Shown here in pieces: positions 37,216-46,923 of a DNA stretch of 64,000 nt. The position numbers were made by a program, and so were the translations under genes. Source of the DNA: a virus (taxonomy: Duplodnaviria; Caudoviricetes); the IMG/VR virus record IMGVR_UViG_3300002055_000003, positions 10,707 to 74,706 of that record, one strand, 5' to 3'. The notes under the pieces were generated by a model. That model was not told the origin of the DNA and did not search any database. It was given only the letters and a program-made list of their open reading frames with translations. Numbering within the stretch: position 1 is the first letter of the stretch; each line of letters begins with the position of its first letter.

Positions 37216-39033
37216 ATGACTGATTGTAATAATACATATGGACCTAAGTATAATGAAGAGGTCGATGATGGTTGTGGTGCATCCACAACAGCACTGGACC
37301 CAAATTGTAAAACTTGGCAATTATCTCTATCTAATGATGCTGCAATTATTGATTCTTATGTTGCGGAGAGTTTAAATATTGCTTCAGCAGATGCAAATGT
37401 TTATAAGTTACTTGGTGTTCATGAACAAGAAAAATTAATTGATGCCACAGGCTTTGGTGATCCTATCTCAAGTGGGAATATAGGCGCATATCCGGCCTCA
37501 AATGCATTTACCATAGTCGATACAGCATGGAAGTCAATACAGCGCGGAGAAAGCGCGGTACTAGCCTCAGCATTCATTGGTTACGATTTTGGGCTAATAA
37601 AAACAAATGAGGGAACACGCCGCCGATATTCTGTTGATGATGCTGCCATTCGCAAGCACATAACAGCAATTTCATTGAAACAATCATCAAATCCATTGGA
37701 GCGTGCCACTAAAATACGAATAGAACGTTCTCAATGTGGAATGAAATGGAAAGGTGTTCAAGTAATTAATGTTCCTGATGATGAATGTTTAAACACGTTC
37801 TTATTAAAAGATTCTGTTACATCACGCTATTGGAGAATAAGACCTTTAGAGTTTAATGGTGGCGATTCCAATAGCTGGTCAGTAAGAGCGTTACAGATGG
37901 TAGACAATTATCTTGCAACAAATGAAGATAACGTTCAAGATAAAATCTTGCTTGAAAATCGTGATCGTGAATATGACATGAGTACTATAACAGTTAAAGT
38001 TTATTTTGATCTACAAGAAGCTCAAACTGATTTATCTCGATTTGGACTTCAAATGACTAATGAAACATTGTTTGCTGCCGCCAACTTTTCATCTGCCGTT
38101 GTTACGTTAGGTAGACCTTTTATTATCGGTGATATTATCGAAATACCATCTTTGGCACAATATTCAGCCGACATGACAAGAGTTGAAAAGTATTATGAAG
38201 TTGTTGATACTTTATGGGCTTCAGAGGGATTTACTCCAACGTGGCAACCAACGCTTCAGCGATTGATTTTGCAACCAGCATTTGCATCAAGAGAAACACA
38301 AAATGTGTTTGGTGATTTGAGTAATGAACGTGAGGTTGATGCGCTCGGGTTACTTGGAGGCGATGATGGCAATCATCCACTATATGCCGATTACACCGGG
38401 GTAACAGAAGAAATTCATGCTCAATCAAAAATTCAAGTACCAGAAAGAGGAACTGATGTTTCTGGTATTAAAGAATGGAGTACTGAAGAAATTGTCAAAG
38501 CTCGCGCAGCGGGTGTTACTAACATAGAAAAGACAGGTCGAATAGCAAGAAATAGAATACCAAGCACCACAACAATACCACCAGACAATCTCCCATATAC
38601 TGAAGGCGTTTCTCTACCAGAAGAACCAAATGATGGTGATTACCATAGATTGGTAGTGGACGGGCAACCAATTCAATTATATAAGTATATTATTCAAAAT
38701 CAAGGTTGGTCATTACTCGCTGAAATACCATCTGATATTGGATCAGGATCGTTTGGATCATTTCAATCATCAGATGGTATGCCACCGAATAGTGCTCCAT
38801 ATACCGAAGGAGATGATTTTCCAGAGTATCCGAAGGATAAAGACTATCATCGATTGACATACACAAAAATTGACGATGAGTTACCAGCTAGACTACATAG
38901 ATATAGTGATGTTAAAAAACGATGGATATATATTGAATCTGACTATAGAGCATTAAATAATAATAAGCGAAGTGTTTTAAGTGAATTCCTAAATAATCCA
39001 AATACACCAATTGATAAGATAACAAGACAATGA
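37216..39033 (+). CDS. gp14: Neck/head completion protein gp14-like with an inserted F5/8-type-C (discoidin)-like domain
   Basis: LLENRDREYD, DLSRFGL, GDIIEIP, GFTPTW; insert ...SRYWRIRPL...WSVRALQM; two PYTEG..P..P...DYHRL repeats. Confidence 0.75.
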   Translation: MTDCNNTYGPKYNEEVDDGCGASTTALDPNCKTWQLSLSNDAAIIDSYVAESLNIASADANVYKLLGVHEQEKLIDATGFGDPISSGNIGAYPASNAFTIVDTAWKSIQRGESAVLASAFIGYDFGLIKTNEGTRRRYSVDDAAIRKHITAISLKQSSNPLERATKIRIERSQCGMKWKGVQVINVPDDECLNTFLLKDSVTSRYWRIRPLEFNGGDSNSWSVRALQMVDNYLATNEDNVQDKILLENRDREYDMSTITVKVYFDLQEAQTDLSRFGLQMTNETLFAAANFSSAVVTLGRPFIIGDIIEIPSLAQYSADMTRVEKYYEVVDTLWASEGFTPTWQPTLQRLILQPAFASRETQNVFGDLSNEREVDALGLLGGDDGNHPLYADYTGVTEEIHAQSKIQVPERGTDVSGIKEWSTEEIVKARAAGVTNIEKTGRIARNRIPSTTTIPPDNLPYTEGVSLPEEPNDGDYHRLVVDGQPIQLYKYIIQNQGWSLLAEIPSDIGSGSFGSFQSSDGMPPNSAPYTEGDDFPEYPKDKDYHRLTYTKIDDELPARLHRYSDVKKRWIYIESDYRALNNNKRSVLSEFLNNPNTPIDKITRQ

Positions 39034-39791
39034 AAGATGAAGGTTTAAATTATTATTACGATAAACAAATAAAGAAATTGGTAGTGCAATTTTTGGCTAT
39101 ATTCACAGGTCTGAAGGTGTCTTCTGGTAAGACAAACGAACTTGGTGAAAGGTTTATCGATGTGCAGGTTAAGAACGGGAGTTCTGATCGAGTAGTTGCG
39201 TCTATCATTAATAAAAACACACAAAATGCACCAGTGCGAGTTCCTGTAATTGCTGGCACTCTAGTAAACATAGATTTAGCACCAGAACGTAGGCATGGTA
39301 CTGGAGTGGAAAGAAAGTTTACACAATTTCCTTCTGGTGGCAACTTCCCAGAAGATTTAAAAACAGTTACACAAAGAATGCCAATACCTTATAATGCTCA
39401 GTTTGAAATGAATATGTTTGCATCATCAACAGAGCAACATTATGAAATGTTAGAGCAGATATTATTAATGTTTGATCCAACTCTTGAGTTGTATACATCC
39501 GATGAATATGCAGATTGGACTCGTTTGAAAATGTTAGAATTGATTAATATTTCATTTGATGAAAGCATCCCCGGTGTTGATCGCCGTATTATCCAAACTA
39601 CTATGACATTTAGAGCGCCTATATATCTTTCATTACCTTCTCAAGTACGAAATAATTTTATATCTTCTATACGAATGCGAGTCGGCGCTGTTAATGATTT
39701 TTATCCAATAGAAGATGCTTTGAGTCAATTAGATCAAGATGGCATTGAATACGAAACAATCGCTAGCCTTCAGAATTTAGTGCTTGATTGA
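39030..39791 (+). CDS. gp15: Tail sheath stabilizer / tail terminator
   Basis: YYYDKQIKKLVVQFLAIF, MPIPYNAQFEMNMF, EQILLMFDP. Confidence 0.85.
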   Translation: MKDEGLNYYYDKQIKKLVVQFLAIFTGLKVSSGKTNELGERFIDVQVKNGSSDRVVASIINKNTQNAPVRVPVIAGTLVNIDLAPERRHGTGVERKFTQFPSGGNFPEDLKTVTQRMPIPYNAQFEMNMFASSTEQHYEMLEQILLMFDPTLELYTSDEYADWTRLKMLELINISFDESIPGVDRRIIQTTMTFRAPIYLSLPSQVRNNFISSIRMRVGAVNDFYPIEDALSQLDQDGIEYETIASLQNLVLD

Positions 39792-40110
39792 TATTTTGTG
39801 AGTCTAAGCCACCACATTCTCTAGAGCAGTATGCAGAAAATTTATTATTGTACTTACTTCCATTGAGCGTCATCTTACATGGCTTTTCACATCTCTTACA
39901 CAATGGTTGCTCATTTATATCTTGAATGATGCATTGAAGTCTAGCCTTAATCGGGGCATCGTACTTAAGAAAACAGGTGTCCTCTACAATATGTTGTAAG
40001 TATTCTGGGTTGTTATACATGATGTACTTGAACCTTGGGTTCAACCTTAGCTTACCCGATTTTTTGAGGATTACGTTTAACTCTATTAATTTCTCTTTCA
40101 AATCCTGCAT
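39763..40110 (-). CDS. Hypothetical protein with a CxxC...YCSxxC zinc module; paralog of 30139..30492
   Basis: FLKYDAPIKAR...PLCKRCEKP...YCSREC; antisense to the flanking structural genes; TAAATA (-) at 40135-40140. Confidence 0.6.
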   Translation of the reverse strand: MQDLKEKLIELNVILKKSGKLRLNPRFKYIMYNNPEYLQHIVEDTCFLKYDAPIKARLQCIIQDINEQPLCKRCEKPCKMTLNGSKYNNKFSAYCSRECGGLDSQNINQALNSEG

Positions 40111-40193
40111 TTCTTAGGGTTTCCGTTATTAAATTATTTATGTTTTAAAACAAATGACTAAATAACAGTATAAATTTCTTGGAGAATAAGAAC

Positions 40194-42638
40194 ATGACAT
40201 TAGTATCACCCGGCGTCGAAACGTCCATCATTGACGACAGTCTTTTTGTACCAAACGCATCTAGTTTAGTACCACTATTTTTCATCGCAACACAAGACGA
40301 AAAAATTCGTTCAAATGGTGAACCTGCTGCTGGAACCTTTGAAGATTCAGTCGTTCGTAGTATAACATCTTTACGTCAATCAATCAATTTTTATGGTGAG
40401 CCAGTATTCCTAACCGATAGTGCTGGAAATCAGCAACACGGTGATGCTCGAAATGAATATGGTCTTATGGCAATGAATCAATATCTCGGCATCGGTAACG
40501 GCGCATTTGCTGTTCGTGCAAAGGTAAACTTAAATGATAGTCTTGATGATATTCAGGCTCAGTGGGATACTAAATCTGACGATGCTTCTGTTGTTATTCA
40601 AAATCTAGTTCAAAATTATATCAACAACGTAAACCTAGCAAACGGAATTACAACTGATGGTGCTAGCGTACTAGCTAATGTTAGTAATCGAATTCCTGCA
40701 ACTCAGAATCAAACTCAAGCAGAATTTGATAGCGTACTTCCTTATGGTAGTGCATCAGTTGGAACCGCAGCCGTTGGTGGACCAGTAAACTTCGCCATTG
40801 GTGATGTAATTACTTTTACAAACGGTATGGTTATTCGAATTGATTCGATTGATAGCCATGTAGGTTCAACTGGAACCGGTGAGCCAACTACTTTTACTGT
40901 AACATCACCCGGCACATCTGCTGGATTTATCGGTGTTGCATTAACCGTACAATCTATCGTAAATGCTGCTGGTGAGGATGCATTACTTGGTTCTCCTACT
41001 CTCCACCCAAATAATGTTGGTATCGAGCGTGATGGTTTTACTGTAACTCCACAACTTGCAAACTTTGAAACTTTTATTCAGACAGATGTTGATTTCCCCG
41101 GTTTTGTTGGTGGAAGTAATTATTCTGCTGGTGATATTATCACTTTAAACAACACTGCTCAGGTTAAAGTGGTAACTGTTGATGGTTCAGGCGCAGTATT
41201 GACATTCGCACTGATTTCACAAGGAAACGCTCTAGCACCGTCAACACTAAATGCTATTTCAGTTTCTCCTGCGAATCCAGTAACACCACAGACAGGCTTT
41301 GCAATTACTGTTGCAACTACTAATCTAGAAACTCAAAAAACTACAGTTAATGGTGAAGAACTAAAAACTCTAGTATCAGATGCTACTAATTTTATCTTTG
41401 ATGAAGACGAGGGTGTTTATGCTTTCCGCAATCTAGCAGATGATTTCTTCACTGCAAAAGATGATGTTGATCCAACCAAGCCAACCTCTCTTGATATTTT
41501 TACCAACGGTTTTGATTTTGCTGCATCAGGTGACAAGTTCATTGGTTTTGATGGTTCAGTTGATCTTGGTGTTGCTGCTGCTAATGCTGCTGGAAATGCA
41601 GTTATTGATGCATGGACACCAGCCGAAGCGTCTGATCTATTTGGTGAAGTAGCTGCAAACTTTAAGTTTACTGTTTCTTTCTTAAACAAGACATCACTTG
41701 GTGCAAATGATGCTGCACGTCGAGTTAGCATTGTCGCTGCTCTACAGTCTGCAATCGTAAGCAACACTGATGTTCGATCAGAAAACTTTCAATTTAATGT
41801 TATTGCATGTCCGGGTTATCCTGAAGTTGTTGATGAACTTCTAGCACTTTCTGCGGATCAGAAGGGTGAAGCATTGGTTGTTGCTGAAACACCACCAAAT
41901 CTTTCTCCTGAAGCTGTTACTAACCCAACAAATGGTTGGGCGACTACTACTGCTCGTCAAAACAGCACTGATGTTGCTTATTATTATCCTTGGTGTCTAG
42001 CAGCGAATCTTGATGGGTCTAATGTACTAACTGCCCCATCTGGTGTCGCAATTCGTCAAATGGCCTACAATGATAATATTTCATATTTGTGGTTTGCACC
42101 AGCCGGTGTAAATCGTGGTCTTCTAACTGGCGTTACTGATGTTGGTTATGCGTCCGGTGTTCTTGGAGTCGGTAACACATTCCAACCAGTTGCTCTAAAT
42201 CAGGGTCAACGTGATGCTCTTTATCAGGATGTTCCAAGTGGTCGAATCAACCCAATCGTATTCCAGCCGGGTCGTGGTATCGCTCTAATGGGTCAGAAGA
42301 CATCTTCACCAACTACCAGCGCATTGGATCGTATTAACGTTGTTCGATTGACTATGCACGTTCGTAGGCAGTTGAGATTATCTACTGTAGGGTTCTTATT
42401 TGAACCAAATGACCAACGAACTCGTGATAATGTGAAGGCTTTGGCAGATAATTTTCTCGGAACAATTTTGACTAATCGCGGTATTGTTGACTTTTTAACA
42501 GTTTGTGATGAATCAAATAACACTGCTGATGTGGTTGATCGGTCAGAATTAATTTTAGACATCCTAATTAAACCTCAAAAGAGCGTCGAATTTATTTCCA
42601 TCCCAATTAGAATTGTATCTCAAGGAGCTGAAATATAA
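40194..42638 (+). CDS. gp18: Contractile tail sheath protein with an internal insertion domain
   Basis: LVSPGVETSIID, HGDARNEYGL, YYYPW, WFAPAGVNRG, SALDRINVVRL, KSVEFISIP; ATG 40194 follows a GGAGA SD. Confidence 0.96.
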   Translation: MTLVSPGVETSIIDDSLFVPNASSLVPLFFIATQDEKIRSNGEPAAGTFEDSVVRSITSLRQSINFYGEPVFLTDSAGNQQHGDARNEYGLMAMNQYLGIGNGAFAVRAKVNLNDSLDDIQAQWDTKSDDASVVIQNLVQNYINNVNLANGITTDGASVLANVSNRIPATQNQTQAEFDSVLPYGSASVGTAAVGGPVNFAIGDVITFTNGMVIRIDSIDSHVGSTGTGEPTTFTVTSPGTSAGFIGVALTVQSIVNAAGEDALLGSPTLHPNNVGIERDGFTVTPQLANFETFIQTDVDFPGFVGGSNYSAGDIITLNNTAQVKVVTVDGSGAVLTFALISQGNALAPSTLNAISVSPANPVTPQTGFAITVATTNLETQKTTVNGEELKTLVSDATNFIFDEDEGVYAFRNLADDFFTAKDDVDPTKPTSLDIFTNGFDFAASGDKFIGFDGSVDLGVAAANAAGNAVIDAWTPAEASDLFGEVAANFKFTVSFLNKTSLGANDAARRVSIVAALQSAIVSNTDVRSENFQFNVIACPGYPEVVDELLALSADQKGEALVVAETPPNLSPEAVTNPTNGWATTTARQNSTDVAYYYPWCLAANLDGSNVLTAPSGVAIRQMAYNDNISYLWFAPAGVNRGLLTGVTDVGYASGVLGVGNTFQPVALNQGQRDALYQDVPSGRINPIVFQPGRGIALMGQKTSSPTTSALDRINVVRLTMHVRRQLRLSTVGFLFEPNDQRTRDNVKALADNFLGTILTNRGIVDFLTVCDESNNTADVVDRSELILDILIKPQKSVEFISIPIRIVSQGAEI

Positions 42639-42662
42639 TAGACTAGTTCACAAAAAAGCAAT

Positions 42663-42688
42663 AAAAGCCACCTTACGGGTGGCTTTTT
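42663..42688 (+). terminator. Intrinsic terminator (bidirectional type) after the sheath gene
   Basis: AAAAGCCACC-TTACG-GGTGGCTTTTT. Confidence 0.88.
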
Positions 42689-42715
42689 TGTTTGTATTAA
42701 AATATAATATGTGCT

Positions 42716-43693
42716 ATGCCAAAAAAACTAACACAAGAAGAATTTAATTCTCGAATGAAGGGTAAGAACATTACTGTTCTAAGTCCATACGTGAATTCTA
42801 GTACACATGTAAAGTGTGTATGTGATGTATGCGCGTATGAATGGTCAACAAATCCAAACAAATTAATGTCTGGTGGAAGTAATGGAACCGGAACTGGGTG
42901 TAGAAAATGCAGTGGGTATCTAAAATTAACACACGATGAATTTTTAGAAAAAATGGTTGGTAGAAATATCACAATTCTTTCTAAATATAAAGCAGTCAAT
43001 AAGCATGTTAAATGTTCATGTGATATATGTTCTTACGAGTGGTCAACAACACCAAATTCATTAACGAGTACTAAAAACCCAACTGGTTGTCCCAACTGCT
43101 ATGGTAATATAAAATCAACACATGAAGAATTTCTTGAAAAAGTAAAAGGCCGAAACATAGAAATTCTTACTCCATATACCAACAGTAAAACAAAAGTAAA
43201 GGTTCGTTGTGAAATAGATGGTCATGAATGGTGGGCAATACCCAACAATCTAATCCCTCCAAGAAAAAACTCGAAGCGTCGTGCGACTGGTTGCCCTCGG
43301 TGTGGACTATCTAATAAAAGTGAAACTAAAATAGCATCATATCTATCTGAAGCATTGAATATCGAAGTGGTTCAAGGCACTCATCCAATAGAATATACTG
43401 AGGGCGACGGTCGTAATTATCCACTTCAGATAGATATATTAATACCAGAATTAAACATTGCGGTAGAATATGATGGGTATCAGCACTATACATATCCAAA
43501 CTTTTATCACAAAACAAAAGATGCATATGATGCATTATTGAAGCGTGATAAGTTTAAAAATTCGTGGTGTGAATCTAATGGTATAAAATTAATTCGAATC
43601 AAAGAATCTGAATTTAATGTTGGTTTAAAATTAGAAGATCAACAAGAATTTCTCGATAATTTAGTTGAAAATATAAAAAGTTGCGTTTTGTAA
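42716..43693 (+). mobile_element. Free-standing putative homing endonuclease: three zinc-ribbon repeats plus a PD-(D/E)xK/Vsr-like nuclease
   Basis: Repeats NITxLSxYxNxxxxVKCxCDxCxxEWxxxPNxL...GCxxC three times; LQIDILIPELNIAVEYDGYQHY. Confidence 0.75.
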
Positions 43694-43720
43694 TGGATAA
43701 CACAACTAATAAATACTTTC

Positions 43721-45175
43721 ATGCCAGATTACAGAAACATAGCATGTCCACGTAGCACAGCCAAAGAGTCTCAACTTCAAGCAAAGAAGAAGACTCTGTT
43801 TGATGCTGCCGGTAGTATCGGTAAGTTGGAATTCTTAAACGACGAAGGTGTTGGTGGTGGCTCAATTCGAAAAGCATTAGAAACGGTTGCTGTTTCATCA
43901 AACGCAATTCGTGTTGGAGATACGTACACTGATACTTCAGGGTTATTAGATGAATCTGGTGGCGGTTTAATGGAATCTATGGAATTGGGCGGTTCTGTTC
44001 AATCCGCAGTTGCAGCCTTTGATCCAAATGCTGTTAATGGTGCGGTCGGTGCATCAAAAGCGATAGTTGCGCGTGCGCGACAGGGTAATTTCACAATGGA
44101 TGATATTCCCACCGCTATTGGAGAATTCAAGAACATTGCACTAATTGCAACTAAAATATTTAAGCCACCATTATCTGGTGAAAATGGCAATGATTATCAA
44201 AAGTTTCGTTGTAGACCATCACCCTATGCAACAGATTTAGTCCATAGAGCACCAAAACAAAACTTCCAATTCGTTGTTGAGATTGCACTCAATCCAGCTT
44301 ATCTTGAGAGTTTTATTTTAGTACAATCTAGAATTGAAGAACAGTTTTTAAATAGTACAGTAAGAAATAGTGTTGCAAACGGTCTTAGTGAATCAGATCG
44401 ACAGAAAATCGTAGCTAATAACGTAAAAGAAACAACAGTTCAATTACCTGCTCAACTTTCATTTCTTATAAAATCTACATCACGTCCTTCCGCAACATTT
44501 GAATATGAAGATTTAAACTATTATAATTTTCGAACCAAAGGAATTCGAAAAGCTACTTTCAATCCAGTCACAATGACGTTCATTGATGATCAATTGAACT
44601 CTGCCGCTGCATTCTATGCATTTTATCTATCTGCCATGTCACCAATTGCGAATACATTTCATAGTCGAAATGAAAATAGTATGGTTCGCAAAAATCACGA
44701 GCAAAATGGTATGGATTTTACTAACTACAAAGAACGACAGCAGGAAAGTACAGGAGCTTCTAATACATTTCCTGCATATGCAGCCACTGTTGGAGCATTA
44801 AAGCCACTAAATCAAGCAGAGAGCAATAGAACAAAATCAATTATTGACAGGATTTCAATATATCAATATGGAAAAAGTGGAAATACCTTTAGTGCATATA
44901 ATATGTTTTCACCAAGAATTGTAACATTCAATCCATCCGAAGCTAACATGGCAGATTCTGGTGAGGGTCAGACACTAGCAATGGATATTGATTATGATTA
45001 TTTCACAATTCAACCAGAAATTAATATTGGTGGTGATGAAATGACTGCTGATGCCGCTGCGAAACTAACAGGTGAAGATGCTGGAGCATTCTTTCCGAAT
45101 CGATATTTCGGCGATAATCAACCAACCACCGATAGAATCGTATCTTCTGGTAGTTCACAAACTATCTCATCATAA
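43721..45175 (+). CDS. Baseplate tail-tube cap/initiator-like protein (gp48/gp54-type, tube-protein fold)
   Basis: PKQNFQFVV, IKSTSRPSATFEY, FNPVTMTFIDD, LAMDIDYD resemble tube-fold proteins. Confidence 0.6.
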   Translation: MPDYRNIACPRSTAKESQLQAKKKTLFDAAGSIGKLEFLNDEGVGGGSIRKALETVAVSSNAIRVGDTYTDTSGLLDESGGGLMESMELGGSVQSAVAAFDPNAVNGAVGASKAIVARARQGNFTMDDIPTAIGEFKNIALIATKIFKPPLSGENGNDYQKFRCRPSPYATDLVHRAPKQNFQFVVEIALNPAYLESFILVQSRIEEQFLNSTVRNSVANGLSESDRQKIVANNVKETTVQLPAQLSFLIKSTSRPSATFEYEDLNYYNFRTKGIRKATFNPVTMTFIDDQLNSAAAFYAFYLSAMSPIANTFHSRNENSMVRKNHEQNGMDFTNYKERQQESTGASNTFPAYAATVGALKPLNQAESNRTKSIIDRISIYQYGKSGNTFSAYNMFSPRIVTFNPSEANMADSGEGQTLAMDIDYDYFTIQPEINIGGDEMTADAAAKLTGEDAGAFFPNRYFGDNQPTTDRIVSSGSSQTISS

Positions 45176-45177
45176 TC

Positions 45178-45621
45178 ATGTCAACCACCTCTAAGGGATT
45201 TTATACTCCAGAAAATCCTGAAAAATATATCGGCAATTTGAATGACATACGATTTATGTCTAGTTGGGAATTAGATGTTCATAAATTTCTAGACAAGAAT
45301 GATAATGTACTTCGGTGGGGTTCAGAAATTGTCGCAATTCCCTATTATAAGCGTGCAACAGGTCGAATGCACAAGTATTATACGGATTACTATGTTAAAT
45401 ACCAAAATAGACATGGTAAAATTATAGAGGAATTATGGGAAGTCAAACCCCATGCACAGACAAAAGAACCAAAGATGACTAAAAGAAAGAAACAACAAAC
45501 TTTTTTGTATGAACAGGCCATGTACCAAACTAATGTAGATAAATGGACAGCAGCACAGGACTTCTGTAATAAAAAAGGAATACAGTTTAGAATATTGACA
45601 GAAAAGGATATCTTTATTTAA
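45178..45621 (+). CDS. gp4: Head completion protein gp4 (TnsA-like nuclease fold)
   Basis: GFYTPENPEKYIG, SSWE, WGSEIVAIPY, HKYYTDY, WEVKP, FRILTEKDI. Confidence 0.92.
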   Translation: MSTTSKGFYTPENPEKYIGNLNDIRFMSSWELDVHKFLDKNDNVLRWGSEIVAIPYYKRATGRMHKYYTDYYVKYQNRHGKIIEELWEVKPHAQTKEPKMTKRKKQQTFLYEQAMYQTNVDKWTAAQDFCNKKGIQFRILTEKDIFI

Positions 45622-45634
45622 ACTAAATATAGAT

Positions 45635-46177
45635 ATGAATGACGATAAAATTAAAAACCATCCACTGGAAGAACTTTTGGAAATTGAAGCTGGTTCAACA
45701 CCAACTGTCAATCCATTCATGTCTGAAGAAATTGAAGAACTTGAATTAGACACCGAAGAAGATGATGTTGATACTTCACTGGAAGAAGTTCTTGAAGATG
45801 CACCAATCATTGAAGAATTTTATGATCCGATTGATAAAAAGAATGAACAAAAATTTCAAAGTATCTATGATGCTGCAATGGATGCCTTTGGGCAGCAAGC
45901 TCAGGAAGCATCAATGGTCGAAGGAAGATTTCGTGCTAGAAATTTAGAAGTAGCAGCACAGTTTTTGCGCATCGGCTTAGATTCTGCAAAAGATTCTGCA
46001 CATCAAAAAGCAAATAAAGATAAGTTAAAAGTTGCACAGAAAAAGGCGAATAATAGTTCAACAGCAACACAGAACAATTTTTTCTTGGGCGATAGAAATG
46101 ATCTACTTAAAAAATTAGCAGAAGTTGAGCAAAAAGACCCAAAGGTGATAAACGATTCTTCAGACCCATCTAATTAA
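45635..46177 (+). CDS. gp16: Terminase small subunit, gp16-like
   Basis: ARNLEVAAQFL helix and C-terminal TQNNFFLGDRNDLLKKL resemble the T4-type gp16 NNxxFVGSTxEL tail; near the large terminase. Confidence 0.65.
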   Translation: MNDDKIKNHPLEELLEIEAGSTPTVNPFMSEEIEELELDTEEDDVDTSLEEVLEDAPIIEEFYDPIDKKNEQKFQSIYDAAMDAFGQQAQEASMVEGRFRARNLEVAAQFLRIGLDSAKDSAHQKANKDKLKVAQKKANNSSTATQNNFFLGDRNDLLKKLAEVEQKDPKVINDSSDPSN

Positions 46178-46254
46178 GTTAAAAAATCAGATTATTAGAA
46201 TCATCTTTGATAAATATTCTTTGTATTAAGAATGATATCGGAGATTGATATAAC

Positions 46255-46839
46255 ATGGCAACAATAAACGACTTCGGAATTCCCGGCGTAGGTGAAGGAA
46301 TTCTACACCCAAAGCATAAGCAACGTTGGAGAGCATTCTTCGTTGGAATGGCTGGTGGTAGCTCTACACTTCCATTAAGTCACCAATTAGTTACATTTAA
46401 GCGCCCAACATTGAATTTTGAAAAAGTTCAGTTAGATCGATTTAATTCTCGTGCATTCGTTGCCGGTAAACACACAATTGAGCCACTTGATTTCGTTCTC
46501 GAAGATGATATTGCTGGAACAGCATCTCGTATTATTCAACAACAACTCCAGATTCAACAGTGGTTAACTGGTGCGGAAGGCCCATTTCTTGGCGCTGCTG
46601 CTGAAGGTTCACAATACAAGTTCGTAACACGTCTTGAAATGTTAGATGGCGGTCGTGATGATGAAGTAGTAGAGCGCATTACATGTGAAGGTTGCTGGTT
46701 AGAAAATGTAGATTACGGTGATGTAGATTATGCTTCGTCTGATGCAGTACAAATTACAGTAACAATGTCTCTAGATCATTTCCGTCAAGACCTTGGTGGT
46801 TATGGTGGACCCGGCTCTGCACTTGGTGGTCAGGGCTAA
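46255..46839 (+). CDS. gp19: Tail tube protein
   Basis: ILHPKHKQRWRAFF, RPTLNFEKVQL, AGKHTIEPLDFVLEDD, GCWLENVDYGDVDY. Confidence 0.9.
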   Translation: MATINDFGIPGVGEGILHPKHKQRWRAFFVGMAGGSSTLPLSHQLVTFKRPTLNFEKVQLDRFNSRAFVAGKHTIEPLDFVLEDDIAGTASRIIQQQLQIQQWLTGAEGPFLGAAAEGSQYKFVTRLEMLDGGRDDEVVERITCEGCWLENVDYGDVDYASSDAVQITVTMSLDHFRQDLGGYGGPGSALGGQG

Positions 46840-46877
46840 TAACGATTTTTTCGTAGTATCTCCAAAGGTAGTATTAG

Positions 46878-46903
46878 AAAAGGCTCTTGAAAAAGAGCCT
46901 TTC
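46878..46903 (+). terminator. Intrinsic terminator after the tube gene
   Basis: AGGCTCTT-GAAA-AAGAGCCT followed by TTC TTC TTTT. Confidence 0.85.
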
Positions 46904-46915
46904 TTCTTTTATACT
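46887..46915 (+). promoter_or_regulatory. sigma70-type promoter embedded in the tube terminator, driving the terminase paralog
   Basis: TTGAAA (46887-46892)-17 bp-TATACT (46910-46915); ATG at 46924. Confidence 0.55.
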
Positions 46916-46923
46916 GTATAGAT

